Positions 23,580-38,500 of a DNA stretch of 64,000 nt are shown here, piece by piece (positions within the stretch are counted from its first letter, which is position 1; every line of letters begins with the position of its first letter). Location of the stretch: assembly GCA_002633005.1 (NCBI GenBank), contig NMRA01000166.1, forward strand, positions 310,001-374,000, read 5' to 3'. The notes beneath the pieces are model-generated. The model had not been told where the DNA came from, searched no databases, and was given only the letters and a program-made list of their open reading frames with translations. Both the position numbers and the translations under genes were made by a program. The stretch is from Phoronis australis. Lineage: Eukaryota; Animalia; Phoronida.

Positions 23580-26500
23580 GTGAGTAAATTTAGTATTTTT
23601 ACCAATCTCTTGAAAATCTGAACACTTATGTGAAAGTTGAAGATTGAATTTAAGTTGGATTATGCTTTTATTTCAAACATTTTTCTGATTTTTAAATATT
23701 TCTGTTGTTGTCTTCAAGTTAACCATTGTTAACTGACGAAGAACTTGACATTGAAAGTCGCGGAGCTACTGCTCCACTGCCTGGCACACAGGCGCTCGAA
23801 TTTCCCGATCACTCAACCATATATAAGAAACATAAAGGTCGGACACTAAAACTTCGCCGAGCCGAGGCTACCAACTTCCAAATAAAATCTCCGTGCATCT
23901 TTCGAAGCCTTATCTTTTTCCTTTATCCCATTAAAATCCCTGTGAGTGGTGAATTGACCACGAAATTTTCAAAACAAACTCAAAACTCTGAAATATTTAA
24001 AATGGGGGATTTCAGTTGTGCTTGAACTTGTATGACTTTCGAGTTTGAGCAAGCAACCCCTATACTAGCCAGCTAGCTAGCTGTATGAAGACTTTCGTCA
24101 AAATACAGCTAGGTACCACTGTGTGTATTTCTTCCGTAGACCCCGAAATTGCACACAGCCAGGGTAGTTCTATTCGTTACCTTGCCGTGAAACTTGTATC
24201 AACATGTAAAGCTAAAGACCGGACGGAGTGCATGCAAAATGTGGGAATCAACCGACACTTACCTTGCTCGTCACAGCCGTTTAAGTGAAAAACAATGCAA
24301 TAAACGTCATTTTCTAACAATGAAAAGTATGTCATCGTTTTGAAAACAGTACGCTCGTGTCACGTGCATGCGCCATTTCCTAAATTTTTGCGACATCTCT
24401 CGGGAGATGATGATAGCTTGGCAGCAGCAAAATTTCTACTGAAATTCTGTTTTCCGGTATCAAAATTCTAAAATCTTGTTATGAAGTGAAACCAGTTCCA
24501 ATAGTTTGCTGTGACATGTACGCAACCTCGTGTAAGAGCAACAGTTGATTGAAGAATCGGCGAAAAAAGAAACTGGCCAATAGGTGACGCAATATTTCAT
24601 GGCACCGAAAGCCGTCGCTAAAGATCGCTCCACAACTTTAGCAGCAGAATAACAGTAGAACGCCATTTTTGCCAACACCGTCAAATAATTTAGTTTACTC
24701 AAGGAAGACTGTAGTTTTTAATGACACTAATTTTGTGTCAGATTTTATCTTTTTTACCCGCAAGGGTGCAAAGCTGTATATTTATATACAGCTTTGTACC
24801 AAGGCTACCCCTATACCAAAGTCAAGAAATTTATCCCCAATTTCAATGATTGAGGTTAGTAAAATTAACCATACACTTAAATGTAATTTGTTTCTTCCTA
24901 TAGCTCATTTTTAACCCTTAACCTATAATTTAGTTGCAAGAACCAGCGTATCTTGTGTTTGATCTTGACATTATGTGCTATTCTTTGTTGAAGCACAACG
25001 AACACTCAGTTTTTGGCAGACATTTCTGATGTCACCACACGTTTGTCGTGGTAAATCACCATCGGTAAATGCCAATTCAACCGATATTAGAATAGTCGTG
25101 TTAAGAATGGGCACTGTAAGCGGTACTCTGTAAACTTTATTTTTTTACTTTCCCGATTGGTCGGCAAAATAACCGACCAGTTGACGGCTCCTACCGAACC
25201 GGTTGGACAAAAATTTTGGTGTTTGCTGTAGATAAATCTAAGTACACACTCCCTCCATTTATGCATTCTGTTCAAATTTTTGCAGCTTGAATGATTGATA
25301 ATCAAAAAACTTCCGCAAGCCATTGTATGCCCAGGCTGAGTGATTTATTGATGTGCGAGAATGAAATAGTATAAACTTAGTAAGAAAAATGTTTGTTATG
25401 TATTCAATTTGTTATGTATGCAGAATTTCATAATGGTACGAAACAATGTCAGTAGTCCATTATTATGTAGTGAAGTTAATGGGGCGATCACGTACGTCAA
25501 CATTGACCGCCATAAAATATAGTGCCATCTGTTGGCCAACTTCTCTTTTCACCTGTACAATCCACTATTCGTTTTTTTATAAGTTTTTTCATAGTTCATG
25601 TAACAAATTACCAAAAGTGCTTGCACTTAATCTATTCTGTAATTGTAGATACACAACTAGGGTTGGATACTTCCAGCCAGAATTTCAGAGGTGCCCAATT
25701 TCAGCTGTCCATATCGAATTCCAAGTTTGCACAAATTAAGTAAGAAATGGGTTAGAATTTTTCTTTTGGTAATCCTGGACATCACATGAAAGGTCGGGTG
25801 CTTTGCACACCGTTTCATGACCTAATACAAAGCAATGATTACTGTACATGAGAACACCTTGGTATTTTCACCACGAATGAAGCCTGGAGACAGTTTTTAA
25901 CTGGGTAAAGATCAAGACAAGGTAGATTTTATTATTTTAATGGCCTAAATCAAAAGTTGTCTTTTTTGCCAAGTTTATTCAACATGTTACAGTTACTGAA
26001 ATAATTGGTTTGCTTAAGGCCTGATGTTATGTTGTTATTTATGTTGCTTTTATGTCTTTATCACAGCTGCTCAGATGTGGACCTCATACAAGAAATTACA
26101 AGAAACAGTAGAGGCTGCGTTGCTGGGGAAACGACCTGAAGCCATTCACGACCTAGAATCACTGCTTACTCACCACAAGCCTCACTTTACAGCTTTACTG
26201 AAAAATCCAGTACGTTTTGAATTATGTTGCGAGTTCTGAAACAAATTGGTGCTTGTTACTTTCCTACACGTTTTGTTGAACAATGTTGAAAAACTAGGTA
26301 TGACTATCATCTGTTGAGTAGCTTTGTGTAGGCAGCAGTGAAAGAACATTCATATCAGGAGATCATTGGCTGTGAATTGGACGAGAGTTTCTCAATAATT
26401 TTTGTTCCGTGGTTGTGTCTGATTAATTTACAAAAAGGGTTTTGTCATTTTTCAAGTTTCAATTCCCGTTAAAATATGTCTTTTCTCAACAGCAAAATTG

Positions 26501-29500
26501 GAAGCTACTAACGAATGTCTCTTTTGGAAAATACTTTTTTATCTTTTTATATCTCTCTGTTCTGAACAGCCCAAGAATGCGTCAGATCGTGACCGGCTGA
26601 AAAAGAGTAAGACAGATGGGCTGTTGGTTGAGGGTCAAGCCGGCCCACAGCTGATGACTGACCAATTCATCTCTGAGACATGCATCCTCAGTGACTTGTT
26701 TGACCTCAACGAATTGGCCGCCGCTGAGCTCTTGATGACAGGTAATGAGTGGTTGCTTTCAGCTGAAGATTCACATTTAACAAAATGCGCCCAAGTGAAG
26801 GGATTTTCTAGTGACACGTAGATGATAGAAGCTCCCAGCTGCTGGTACACAACTACATGAAATTGTCCAAAAATAGATTGTACTTCATCCATAATCCACG
26901 TCTGTGCACATCTGTGTCTGCGTCAGTCATTTCTAAGAAGTGGTAAAAGCAGTTAATGTTATATTTATTCTTGATATGACTTGTTTTCCCATCAGCTGAG
27001 GTCCAACTGCCACACTTTCCTGGCTTGACCAGAGGTCTAGTGGCTGTCCTGCTTTACTATGACGGACGACGCAGCATTGTCAGCACCCTGCTAACCCTGG
27101 TTCAATGTCGTAACGGTCGCTGCTGGACATCGGCCATGAGTTCGGATGTAGTCTCCATGGTGACCAGTTATGTGGACGCACTAGTGGATGATGGACTGGT
27201 TGTGAAGATTCTGGGTAATTTGGCTATGCTTGTTCATTTTAAAGGATAGGTTACTCTAATTGTGTTTGGCTTAAGCTCTACGTTAAATAAGTATTGAATT
27301 TACTAGGTGTCAACCTGTTAAGTCATGTGCACTTGAAAGTCTACATGTTAATCTATTCAAAAGATTTGACTGGACCAGTGTACTTCGCATTGGCTTTTAG
27401 TGCAAGGACTGTTAAGTGTGTTTTTGTTACTTTAGTGCTTTTTGTTTTATTGCAGATCATAGAATTGAATATTTGAATATTCATGAGCAGACACCATGTT
27501 TGCTTATGTGGTTGTTGAAAATTTCATTTTCCTCGGCCCATCCCGTCACTAATTGTCCTAACTTGACATAGGACATGCTCAGGAAGACATGGCTGTGGAA
27601 ATGTCAAATGATGCCCATTAATTACTCCAAGTTCGCAGTATTCCTGGTGGTGGTATCGTATTTAGAAGAAGGCTAAAGTGTAGACGCTTTGTCTTTTCAT
27701 ATCTATTTGTTGTGATATGTCTGTGTTAGTTTAATCACTCAGTAGTTGGGTTTTGTGAATATGTGCATATTATTTATTGGTGTCTTTCGGTGATGGTTGT
27801 CCTTCAGACCTCATCTGGAATATGGATCAAGCTAAGGAGCTACAACTTCTTGAGAATGAGCGGGGCCTTGGCAATGCTAAACATCGCCGAAAGGTAAGTA
27901 GCTGACAACTAACTGTAACTTTCTTGATATTGTATCTTCGACACCTCAGTAAATTGCCTGATGTCAGAAAGATCACTGACAGTTGAATATTTCATTGAAT
28001 GTTTGAAAACTCGTTTAATAATAGATAGCTGCCATAGTGCTGTCAAGCCACTTGTTGTATCATGAGTCGTAAATGACTTTTTAACTTAGGCTTCCAGTTT
28101 GCACAGATGTGAAAACCAGTTAGAGACCTATGCATAAATGCTAATTAGTAGCTCCTTAGGTAACATTGCATATGGTTGTCTAGTTGCATTCTAATCATAC
28201 CATTACTAATTTGATTTCTGGTAATCCTTGATAGCCGTTGGCATTAAAATATTTCCTCTGTCCAAAGTGAATGATTATTCTCAATGTGATCAAAGATCAC
28301 AGTGATTACATTATGTATGACATACCATTCTCTGTTTGAGTTCAAATTTTATATAATGCTTTGTTTTCTATTTGATCACCAGGTGTCAGACCTGTACAGT
28401 GACATACAGAGCCTCTTGGTGGAGTGCTTGTTCTACTGGTCATGTCAGGCCGCGCCCAGCAAGAAGGACACGCTGGAGATTGTCAAGTACTTGAAACGGC
28501 AACACAATTTGTCCTCTGGTGGATCACTGAACAATGTGTCACTGGGTCTCTTGATGGCTTTACTTCATTGTATTGACGTGTCTTCGCTGGATCAGGACGA
28601 TGACGTACAAGGTAGCAATCTCTTATATCTTATAAACTTGCATATTCACACATACTTGTTAAATCTTATTTTTTATGTTTAAAAGTTTGAATGTTTCTTC
28701 TTTACTCTTCATCTTAGCATCTGAGTTGATAACCAAAATTTTGGTTTCTTAAACCTGATTTTGTTCACTAACTGCTTTCTACCAGCATGTTACCCACTAT
28801 TTTTACACAACATGGAGAGATGGAAGGGATTTTTGGTTCAAACATTAAGAGTCATTATTTAATGACACATCAAGTAAATCATTTGTATGCCATAAAACTT
28901 AGCCAGGTAAGAACATTATGTGCTCAATAAGTTTGCAGTTCTGTCATTGAAATACTTTTAGGAAATTCAAAGTAATGCTGCAATTTCTGTTCATAGATTC
29001 GAACCAAGCCTTGCCTCTGACAACTGACCAAAGCTTTGTGTCAGACCTTCACAAGGAGATATGTAGTGCCACCCAGTGGCCATGTGCTGGTCTCCAGGCA
29101 GTGGTACAGTTTGCCTGGGCCCAGACCTTGAGAGTGTTGTCACAATACCCAGATGGTAAGTCTGCTGTAGTTTGCTAAGCATGCTGTCATAACTGCTTGT
29201 CTTGTAAACTGCAATCAAGTGATAAGACAATGCTTCAGATTGCATAATATAGTCAATCTGAAATCTGGCTTTGCCACCATGTTATCAGCTTTTTAATGTT
29301 CTTAGTTTTGAGTGATGTCACTCAAGTGTTTCTCTTAGCCTCTGTTAATGTCTACAAAGTTACCCAAGTTTGGTTTATACTAACACCAATTTAATGGAGT
29401 CCTCTACTTACACAACTTCTCTTCATAGCTTGTCACACTGACCTTTTTATCTGTGTCAGTGGTCTGGTTAAGTGTTGAATTATGTCATATTGAATCTCCT

Positions 29501-32500
29501 TAGAACCAAGTGTCTTCCTTTTAGCTGGAGTGAATATTCTTGGCAGTTATGGCCATAAGTATAATAAATAAAGTGAGAAGCATGTCCTACAAATAGAGTT
29601 ATTATCATGCATGCTTAGTGCACGACTAAGTGTTCTCATGTTAATAATTCATATTTCCAGTTGTGGGTGAGTGTGATGAAGATGAGTATGTCGTAGATTC
29701 TTCAATCATGCTGAACGTCTTCAGTTTCTTGAGGGAGTCTGTCATTGCCACAGAGAAGTTCCATGAAAAGGTACTTTGACATATCTCTGTGTTAAAGTAA
29801 ACCTGGGCTGCCTTCCATAGACCTGTGATCGCGAGCTTTGGTTTTAATGCATGGCAATATCTCGTGAAGCCTTGCATGATCTTGGCATTTGGGGAGTTTC
29901 TTTGGTTTACGGAATACAGCACTGCTGAATGCTGGAATATTTATCACGCTTACCTGTTTTTATAACTGGCTTTTAAAAGATATAGCATAATGAAAACTAG
30001 ACGTTTCACATTAAAGATCATTTTCAGTGTTTGAACTTAGGTGGTAATATAGCATTCTGACTGCAAAGGTGATACATATACATATAAATATACATATACA
30101 TATACATATACAACACAGTAAAGGTCTCATATATAAAAATGCCCCGGATCTGCCTAGTTCTCTTAGTATGTATGTATGTATATATATGTATAAGGTGTTT
30201 CCTAGTGTGAAAACAACTTGTATCTTTTGGCTCTCTATTTTTACAGGAATTCTACATTCGCAAACTTCATGATGTTATCACATTTTTCATCACACATATG
30301 CCACTAAAGGTGAGTTTCCTTCAAATAGTATATCACTTTGTTTAAAAATGTATTCCAAATATTTTAAGGCTAACAAAGTGTATGTTTATTAGCGTTTTAT
30401 AACTAACATTGTCAGGAAACTTAGAATGGTACAAGCTATGTGGGATATCTGCTGTGGACTGTGGAATGCCAGTTTTCCAGCAGAATGGAACCAACCAATT
30501 AAACAAGTTAACTTACTCCTTCATTTTCAGCCAACAGGTGACAAGGCAAATGTTAATGTTGAAATTTTCTAATAATTGTAGAAAGGCTAACTGGTGTGTC
30601 GTGCCTCCAACTAATAAAATCGATGCTTTTTCTTTTGACATTATATCTATTTTTGCTGCTTTTGTTTGACAGGTTAAAGAACTGCGTAATCGTGGTGACG
30701 AAATAGCTCGCATAATCATAGCCCACAAACAAGAAGGTCTGGAGCCACCTGCCAACCTGCGGAAAGACTTTGAACAATTGCTACTTCTAGTAAGTTGTAC
30801 ACTGGCTATCAGGTACTGAATCATGTTGCGTTTAACTTTGTCGCATATGTTTTGAATATTTGATAACTTGTCTGGTAATAGTGTATCACGATGTTTGCAA
30901 CAGTAATGGCAGTGACAATAACTACTGAATATACTATGCTTATGTTACATGTCATGCTTATTACCTCTTATGGAAGTTGGACTCAACAAATGCTGGGTTC
31001 AAGAAGAGTATCGTAAAAATAGAGGCCTGGCCTTTTTTCTATTTCAAAGGAATTATTGTTAACGTAGCACATGTATTATTTATGTCCACTTGACACTTAA
31101 TCAAACTTAGATACAACATGCATTGTCATCAATTAAGACTGAACTGAGGAGAACAAGACTAGTCAGATGTCCTGTAATGTAGTCTACTGGCAGTTCATGC
31201 AACACTTAGGCTACTCTTGGTTGACTTTGCTGGTTTCGCTGGGTGAACCGGCTAAAACCTGTGATTGGTTCTGGATGATGACTTCTTGGCCGGTTGACCC
31301 TGTGGAACTGTCAAAGTCAAACAAGTGCAGTCTTTGAGTCACAGCCTTCCATAAGGCCACAAAGTTTTTGTTCCATTACATTGCCACGTGCTCATGTTAT
31401 GAAATATTTAACTTGGCAATGGCAAATTGAAGTATGTCACTATGCCACTCTTTTTCTAATTAGCTTGCTGATAATTTTAGATTGGTGATATGTACAGCAC
31501 TGACCCCCTGAACCTGGAGTTGTGTGTCGACTATTGGTGCCCCCCTGAGGCTTACTTGAGAACTGCTACTGTGGGCTGCTATCAGCCTGCCCAGAAGCAG
31601 GTAATACAATGCAATGCTAAAAAAGTAAAAATTGCTATTTTACTTTGACAGTAAATTCTTGTGTGTTTGTGTCAGCTTTATGTTCAATGTATTTCTATGC
31701 TTGGGACTTAAATGTGTGTTTCTGTTATGTTGTATTTAACTTTTCGCGATATCACAGATTGATCGAATGTTTTATAATTGATACATTGTTCCAAACTGTT
31801 CATAGAATGGGGAAGTCTTGATTTTTGATAGCTGAGGTCCTGATTTAAAAGGCCTTGGTTCTAAAAGCTGAGCAGAATTTTTACATTTTGTGTGAAAATT
31901 CCATTTGTGTAATTCATCGCATTTTTTGAGGTAAAATTACAATCATATATTAAAATTGGAGCATTATTCTCATCATGTATTATGTTTCTGTGAGAATCAA
32001 AGATTTTAAAAATGTATTGATTTCATGATGACTTAAAATAACAGTATGTAAAGGATCTTTTAATTAATATCATCATTGGTAACATTTTATTAATGAAGAT
32101 AGGTAGATTCCTTAAATTATTTTTGCTTTTTAATGTCTCTGTTATTCTGTTTATACATGAATTTTCATTTATTTATCTCAACTTCATTTTTGTCATAGGT
32201 GACCTCTTTCACCAACACTGTCCGTTTTCTTTCTGTGGAACCATATCTTCACGAGCAGTCTCCCACTCATCTGTCAACACATGCTTAAGAGGAACGTTTC
32301 ACAATATCAAATTTTAGGTCTGTTTACATTGGTTACGAATTTCCCCCTTGTTTCCAGCTCAACCTGTTCAAGTTTGTGCGCCTCTCGGGTGACCTGTTGC
32401 CCCCCTCACTGTTCACCCCTTACCTGCACATGTTGGTGGGTCTGTCCAACTCCCCTCAGGCTGCCCATCACTGCTTCGGCTTACTCAAAGCTAATGGTGC

Positions 32501-35500
32501 CATCAGTGGTAAGACTTTCATCTTTGATATGTTGAATTTCTCAATGTGAAGGTGTATGCACATGGCTTGCACTGTTTTTGAGAAGTGATGTTGTAAATAC
32601 ACAGATGTTTGAGATTTTCATTATGATAGTGGACAGTGTTTAGTCTTAAATGTAACACTTCTCATTTGATATGTGAATGTATGATAGTAAGCAGTGTTTA
32701 GTCTTAAATGTAACACTTCTCATTTAATATATGAATGTATGATAGTAAGCATTATTTAGTCTTAAATGTAACACTTCTCATTTGATATATGAATGTATGA
32801 TAGTAAGCAGTGTTTAGTCTTAAATGTAACACTTCTCATTTGATATATGAATGTATGATAGTAAGCAGTGTTTAGTCTTAAATGTAACACTTCTCATTTG
32901 ATATATGAATGTATGGAGCACAAATTAAATCTTTGTTGCTTCGCCGTGTCACTATCCTCATTACAACATGAGTAATAATTGTACATTGTGTCAGTATATG
33001 TTTAAGTATTCAAAAAGTTATATGGTCCAGAAATTGTAATTAATTACAAGTTTAACAGCACTGAAGATGACAACTGAGCCAGCACAGAGCTGAAATAACC
33101 AACTGTTTTCTTATAGGGTACATTTATGTTTATTATAGATTTATGAGTGGGTAGCCCGATTGATGGCCCCACTGTTCTTCCAGGGTGTTCCGCCAAAAGT
33201 ACATTAAGACGTATAATGTACAAAGCAAAAATAAATTAAATAGAATGTAATAAATTAATAATTACAAACCAGAAATCATTCAAATATTGGCTTAGCTCTC
33301 ATATAACTCTGATAGTGACTTCCCTGTGTTTAGGAAACAGCTGTTTATCTTCTTTAATCCGATCTCACTCCATTTCAGGTGGTCATTCAGTTGGTGTCTC
33401 ATGGGATCATTTCTTCGATTCACTGCGTCAGTACCATGCCAACCTGCGGCAAGATGTTACCTCCATTGTGTCAGATCTCCATGTCTTCAACGCTATGCAG
33501 CGATCCATCTCTGAACAAGAGCTGGAGGGGCTGCTGGCTTTTCTCAGTCTCACCAAATTGGTCGCAGAAAAGGTGATCAGAAAACTGTAACTTTCCTGTT
33601 ATAAACTTTATTAACTTTTTCTTGATTCAGCGTAAATCACAGTCTGGATTATTGTAAGTAATAATGTCATGTTTGGGAATTCATCTTCAAGCATTTGTAA
33701 ATGAACCAAATATTGTTATTTCTGCATGTTTATGACACATTTATCATGGAAAATATTTAAACAATCGTAGCTTTTTTGTGAGTAATGAAGTTGCTTGTGT
33801 TAATTTCAGTGTTCTTATGCATGTCAATGTTGACTCATTTGACCACTTTGCGGTAAAACGTAGCTTGATCTCTGACATTGTAAACATATGTTTAGGGTCT
33901 TGGAGGCGAACAGCTACTCATGGAAAACTTGATCAGTGGCACTGCATTTTATTAAAACCTTATTACTCCAATTAATTTATCAAACAAAATCGCATGAATA
34001 GAAATCTTGCCAAGCCTGGTTCAGTGGTTCCGTGTTTTGATTTAGAAGCACTACTTAGACTGATTAGAAGTTGACCTGTCTTATTTACTGTCAACCTTAA
34101 AGTTTGTTGTTGTGAAAATGAGGTATACCCGTATCAAGTTCACTGTTGCCAGTCACTTACGGTTTTCTCATCTTAATTTATTATTCGTTTTTGTTTCTGT
34201 AGAACGAAAAGGTGCGCATCGCCCTGTGCGAAAATCAGCAGTGGTCTCCCCTGGTTCTACTACTAGGACTGGCTGGCTGCAGTATCCCTGCCCTTCTGAA
34301 GGGCAAGCTGTATTCTACTCTAGCAGCATTTGCTCTCACAGTGGATGTCGCCACCACTATTTGGCAGTTGTTGGAGATGTCACAGGTGGTGCCCGCAGGG
34401 AGTGCAGGATCACAATCTGGCAGCTTAAAGGTATCTAGTCTGTGACTGAGGTAATTGTGGACAGAAGTGTTTGTAGTTATGTCACTTGTTATAGGTAGGG
34501 TCAAGTTTTTGTGGCTGTGGACCACTAGATCATGGCGATTGTTGCCAGATGTGTTTGTAGCTGCCGTGCTGGTATTAGTTGTTGCAAGAGGCAGCATCCT
34601 CTAGCTATGCATTACTAGAATACGATGATTGTTAGCAGAAGTGCTTATAGCTGCCGTGTAAGTGGAGATGTTCTAGCGAGGGGCAACAGTCTGTGGCTGT
34701 GTACTAACGTAATGTCAAGGTTGTGTGGAATGTTTAATCAAAAAGGACTGCCCCTGAAATGTATGCCTATTTTGGTGCTGAAATTGATTTTTTACAGTTT
34801 GCAGAGTTCCCCAAAATGAACAATGTCAGTGAGTGTCTAACCAAAGTAAAGCTTTAAGAGAAACACAATAAACTAATGGCACCATTAGTACCCTAAGTTC
34901 TCTGCACATTGCTCATCATGCCTTGTTGATGTGCTTGACACTCTCCATTCATAGACTCTTTGTTTCTAGAAGTAGACCTGTGTTTTTCCTGGGGCAGAAA
35001 ATGAAGATTACTGTAAAAGAAATTTCCAGTATTGTGAGTCAAAGGCATAGTATACGTGGTTTCAGAGCCAAGGAAAGAATGTGTTCATGGACGATTTATG
35101 GTATAAGTCGTATAAACATCATAATGGGAAATGTGACATTGTATTATGTGCAGTTATGTTACAATTTTCAGTATTTCAGTCATCAAGTTGACAGTTGTTG
35201 GGAGCTGCATTATTTCTCTTTCTGAATTGTTTTTCAGGGGGACACTGCATAGCTGATCTAAGGTCTACTCTTTTTTCAAAATTATGATGGATTTTCACAG
35301 GTGGAGATTGATGAAGTAGAAACTCGTAATGAAGAGTTCCCCATCACGTTGGGCTTCCTGGAGCTGCTCAACAACCTCACGGAGTTCCCCATACCTGCTT
35401 CTCTTGGCTCGGGATATCGCCCCACGGGCTTCAGTCCCTATCTCAGCTTTGTTGTGGATACAGTGTTGATGCAGTTTGATCACAGGACATACAAGAACCC

Positions 35501-38500
35501 CACTGAACAGGTAAGTCATGGATTGTTTACTGCCAGTTTTATTGATTGTTGTCACAATGTTGGCAGTGTGCTTCTTCAGATATTAGTTTGCAGTCTTACC
35601 AAATGAAGATTTAACACTTTTTTTCTTTGTCTTTCAGGTTCTTCTATTTTATCAATACACATATCCCTGCTGGCGCAGGTTTATACGTATAGTGGTAGAA
35701 CATTGGCATACTTTCAGTGACAAATTCCTCTTGTTTGTTTTGTTTATTTTACATATTAGCTATGCTGTCTGTATATTAATAAGCTTGCTCTGTGTAATAC
35801 TTGTGTGGAGCTTCTATCTAGTGCCTGTCCGTATAAGTACCAAATACAATACTTGAACGTGTGTATGTTCTGTCTTGTGTCTTTCCATATAAATATCAAG
35901 TACACTACTTGTGTGTAGCTTCCATCTAGGGTCTTTTCAAGCACGTCATTGTGTACTAGTAGTAACTTAATCATCATTTCAGTGGGATGTTGCCAAGGCA
36001 ACACTGCAGGTGCTCTACAAGCTGGTGCACTTGTACCAGGCAGAGCCACAGGACTTTAACGAGGGGCGTGTGGATGACCAATCAGGGACAGAGAGGGTAG
36101 AGAAGCCCGGCCATGCTCTTATGGTGCTGGCCCTCACAGATGACATGTTCTCCAGGAAGGTAGTGTATGACACTGCAGAGTTACCATTTTTTCTGTTTCA
36201 TTATCAAGATTCTGTTCCAAATTCTCCAGCCTTCAGTTTTTACTTGCACGAAGTCAAGTCTCCTGTTTTTCCTATTTTTGAGACTCTTCAGAAGTACAAA
36301 AACGTTGTTTCTCATAGCTGACAGTTAACTGTGTTATGCTGAATAATAACAGATGCTGTTGAGTTAGGTGAACGTTATTCATAAGCGCTTGGAACAAATT
36401 ACAGCTAGGGGATCTAGCTGTGTGTCTAGTTTTATCGAGAACATCAAATTTTTTTACTGTAACTGACATTCTGTTCTGTATGTGGACTGAAACATGGAAA
36501 AAAGTTTTGAAGTTAATTTGTTTTTTGTATGTTTTGTACAGAGAAAAAATGTAAGGATACTCTCAATATTTTTTATTTTGTAATTTTCTCCTATTTTTAC
36601 TTGTTGCCCTGTACTTGTTCGTACTCATCTACATAGTCTTTACATATAATTACAAGAGTTTGATGTATTATTCATACAAAGGCATACTTTCAGTCAATGG
36701 AGTCCCACTCTAGTCTAAATTGAAAATGTTCTTGTGCAAAAACCAGTTTGTGGTTGGAGAATGAATACGAGGCTCTTGGTAATGATGATTATGTAATAGG
36801 TGAATACTTTGTTTTTAGTTGCAAAAATGTCTTTGACATAATGTCTCCCGAGGGGGTCAAAACATTCTCGTCCATCTTGATATTCAGCTGCATTATCTCT
36901 CCCTTAATTGATGAATGCATTTGTAAATGAGCACAATGCTGATATTAAAAACAAATGCTTCGTTTGTGATAAAGTGATTGTCTGTTTTTCAGGTTTTGCG
37001 CATTATTGATCAATCTGTTTTGAAACTTGAAGAATATTCAAAAACAGCAGGTAAGTGTTTTGTACCTTGGTGATCGATATATCTAACTTTTGATGCATGA
37101 CTATTATAAGTTTTACCAAAGTAGGGATCATTTTAGAAAAACCACTGGTATTGGTGAATTGCATGACTTGGGGTTTTCCTCTTTTAAGAGGATTTCCTCT
37201 TTCTTGGTTTCGATTTCCTCTTTGATTTCCAGTTTCCTCTTTTTTGTCTCTTTTTATCATTAATTTGTCTTAGTTCATGCAAAAATATTTACTTCAATTA
37301 AATTTACAATACAAAAACATTTGTATCACACAAGCCTATTTATTTGTGGAACGATACGTCACCTGGAAAATTTTCTTCTTTTTTGCTATTGATCATTCCA
37401 ACTTTCAAATCCATTGGCCAATTAGGAGGACCTATGGGCCGTGTCAATTTTTTGGTTTTTTTTGCCTCCAATTTTGAAGTGCCAGAATCAAACAATTACA
37501 GTGTGCCAATGGCGCGGGGCATGCTCCCAAAGTTATCCCTGCAAAACAGGCTTATTAAAGAGCTGAATTTACATATCTGCTAACTGTAAGTAAAGCTGTT
37601 GCAATTGAATAATTCCAAGCCTCCAAGCAGTTATTAGTGTTGAACATGATTGAACAATCTTGTTTCGTGTTTTTAAACTGCTGACAGAATCAGATGTACT
37701 GTGTTCCCCAGGCCAATCATCTTTGGATGAGTGCAGCTTACTGTGTCTCAAGCTTATTGAGAGTCTGTTGGAGAAGCAACCATCATTCTTCACTGTCCTA
37801 CGAGAGACAGGCTCTCCACTAATGGTGTCTAACTTGGAGCAACTGCTCCTTGGTGTCAACTCGCGCAATCAGAAGGCAGACCATCTGGTCAACATTACAT
37901 GGTAGGTGGATGGAGTTCTTGAAATGAAATGGTATTCACGTGAATAGGCGGCAGATTTGGGGCAAAGATTAATTACATTTTGTTTTGCTAATTTCCACAA
38001 GGCCCATTAACAATATGTAATTTTCTACTTTCACCGTACAGTTGGTAGTAATTGCAAGACAAATCATCAAAAACAGATAATTTTTGATCTGAAAGCATAG
38101 AAAACTTAGGTATTGAAGGAATTTTATAAATGAAATTAACTGTTGTATTGACTGTTTAAAACACTTCCGTTCTCTAACTGCTTCAGTTATCATCCTACTG
38201 ATTTTTTTGTTCAGGTTCGTGAGTCACAATGACCGCCTGCCAGAACATGCTCTCTATGCTGTCAAGGTCTTACATCGTGTCTGTCAGACGGCCACTACAG
38301 CGCAGCAACTGGTCAACATGTTCACTGTGTCCAAGGTACAATTAGTGTTTTCCATGATTCTTGTTGTACATAATTGTCAGCTTTCCTCAATGTGTAAAGT
38401 TCCTACCATTCATATCAGTAGAAAAAGTTCAGTTGAGTGGTGTGATAATGGAAATAATTGTCTGTAAATCAGAAGAGCTGTAAGTCAGTCAAGACAATGT

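Noticed and set aside
32622-32915. Regularly spaced repeats resembling a CRISPR array (also 2458-2580 and 15251-15537)
   Set aside because: The units are contiguous with no unique spacers, there are no cas genes, and the context is eukaryotic intron.
34431-35300. Possible second U12 intron (donor GTATCT)
   Set aside because: It lacks the full ATCCTT donor and has no CCTTAAC-like branch site near the acceptor.
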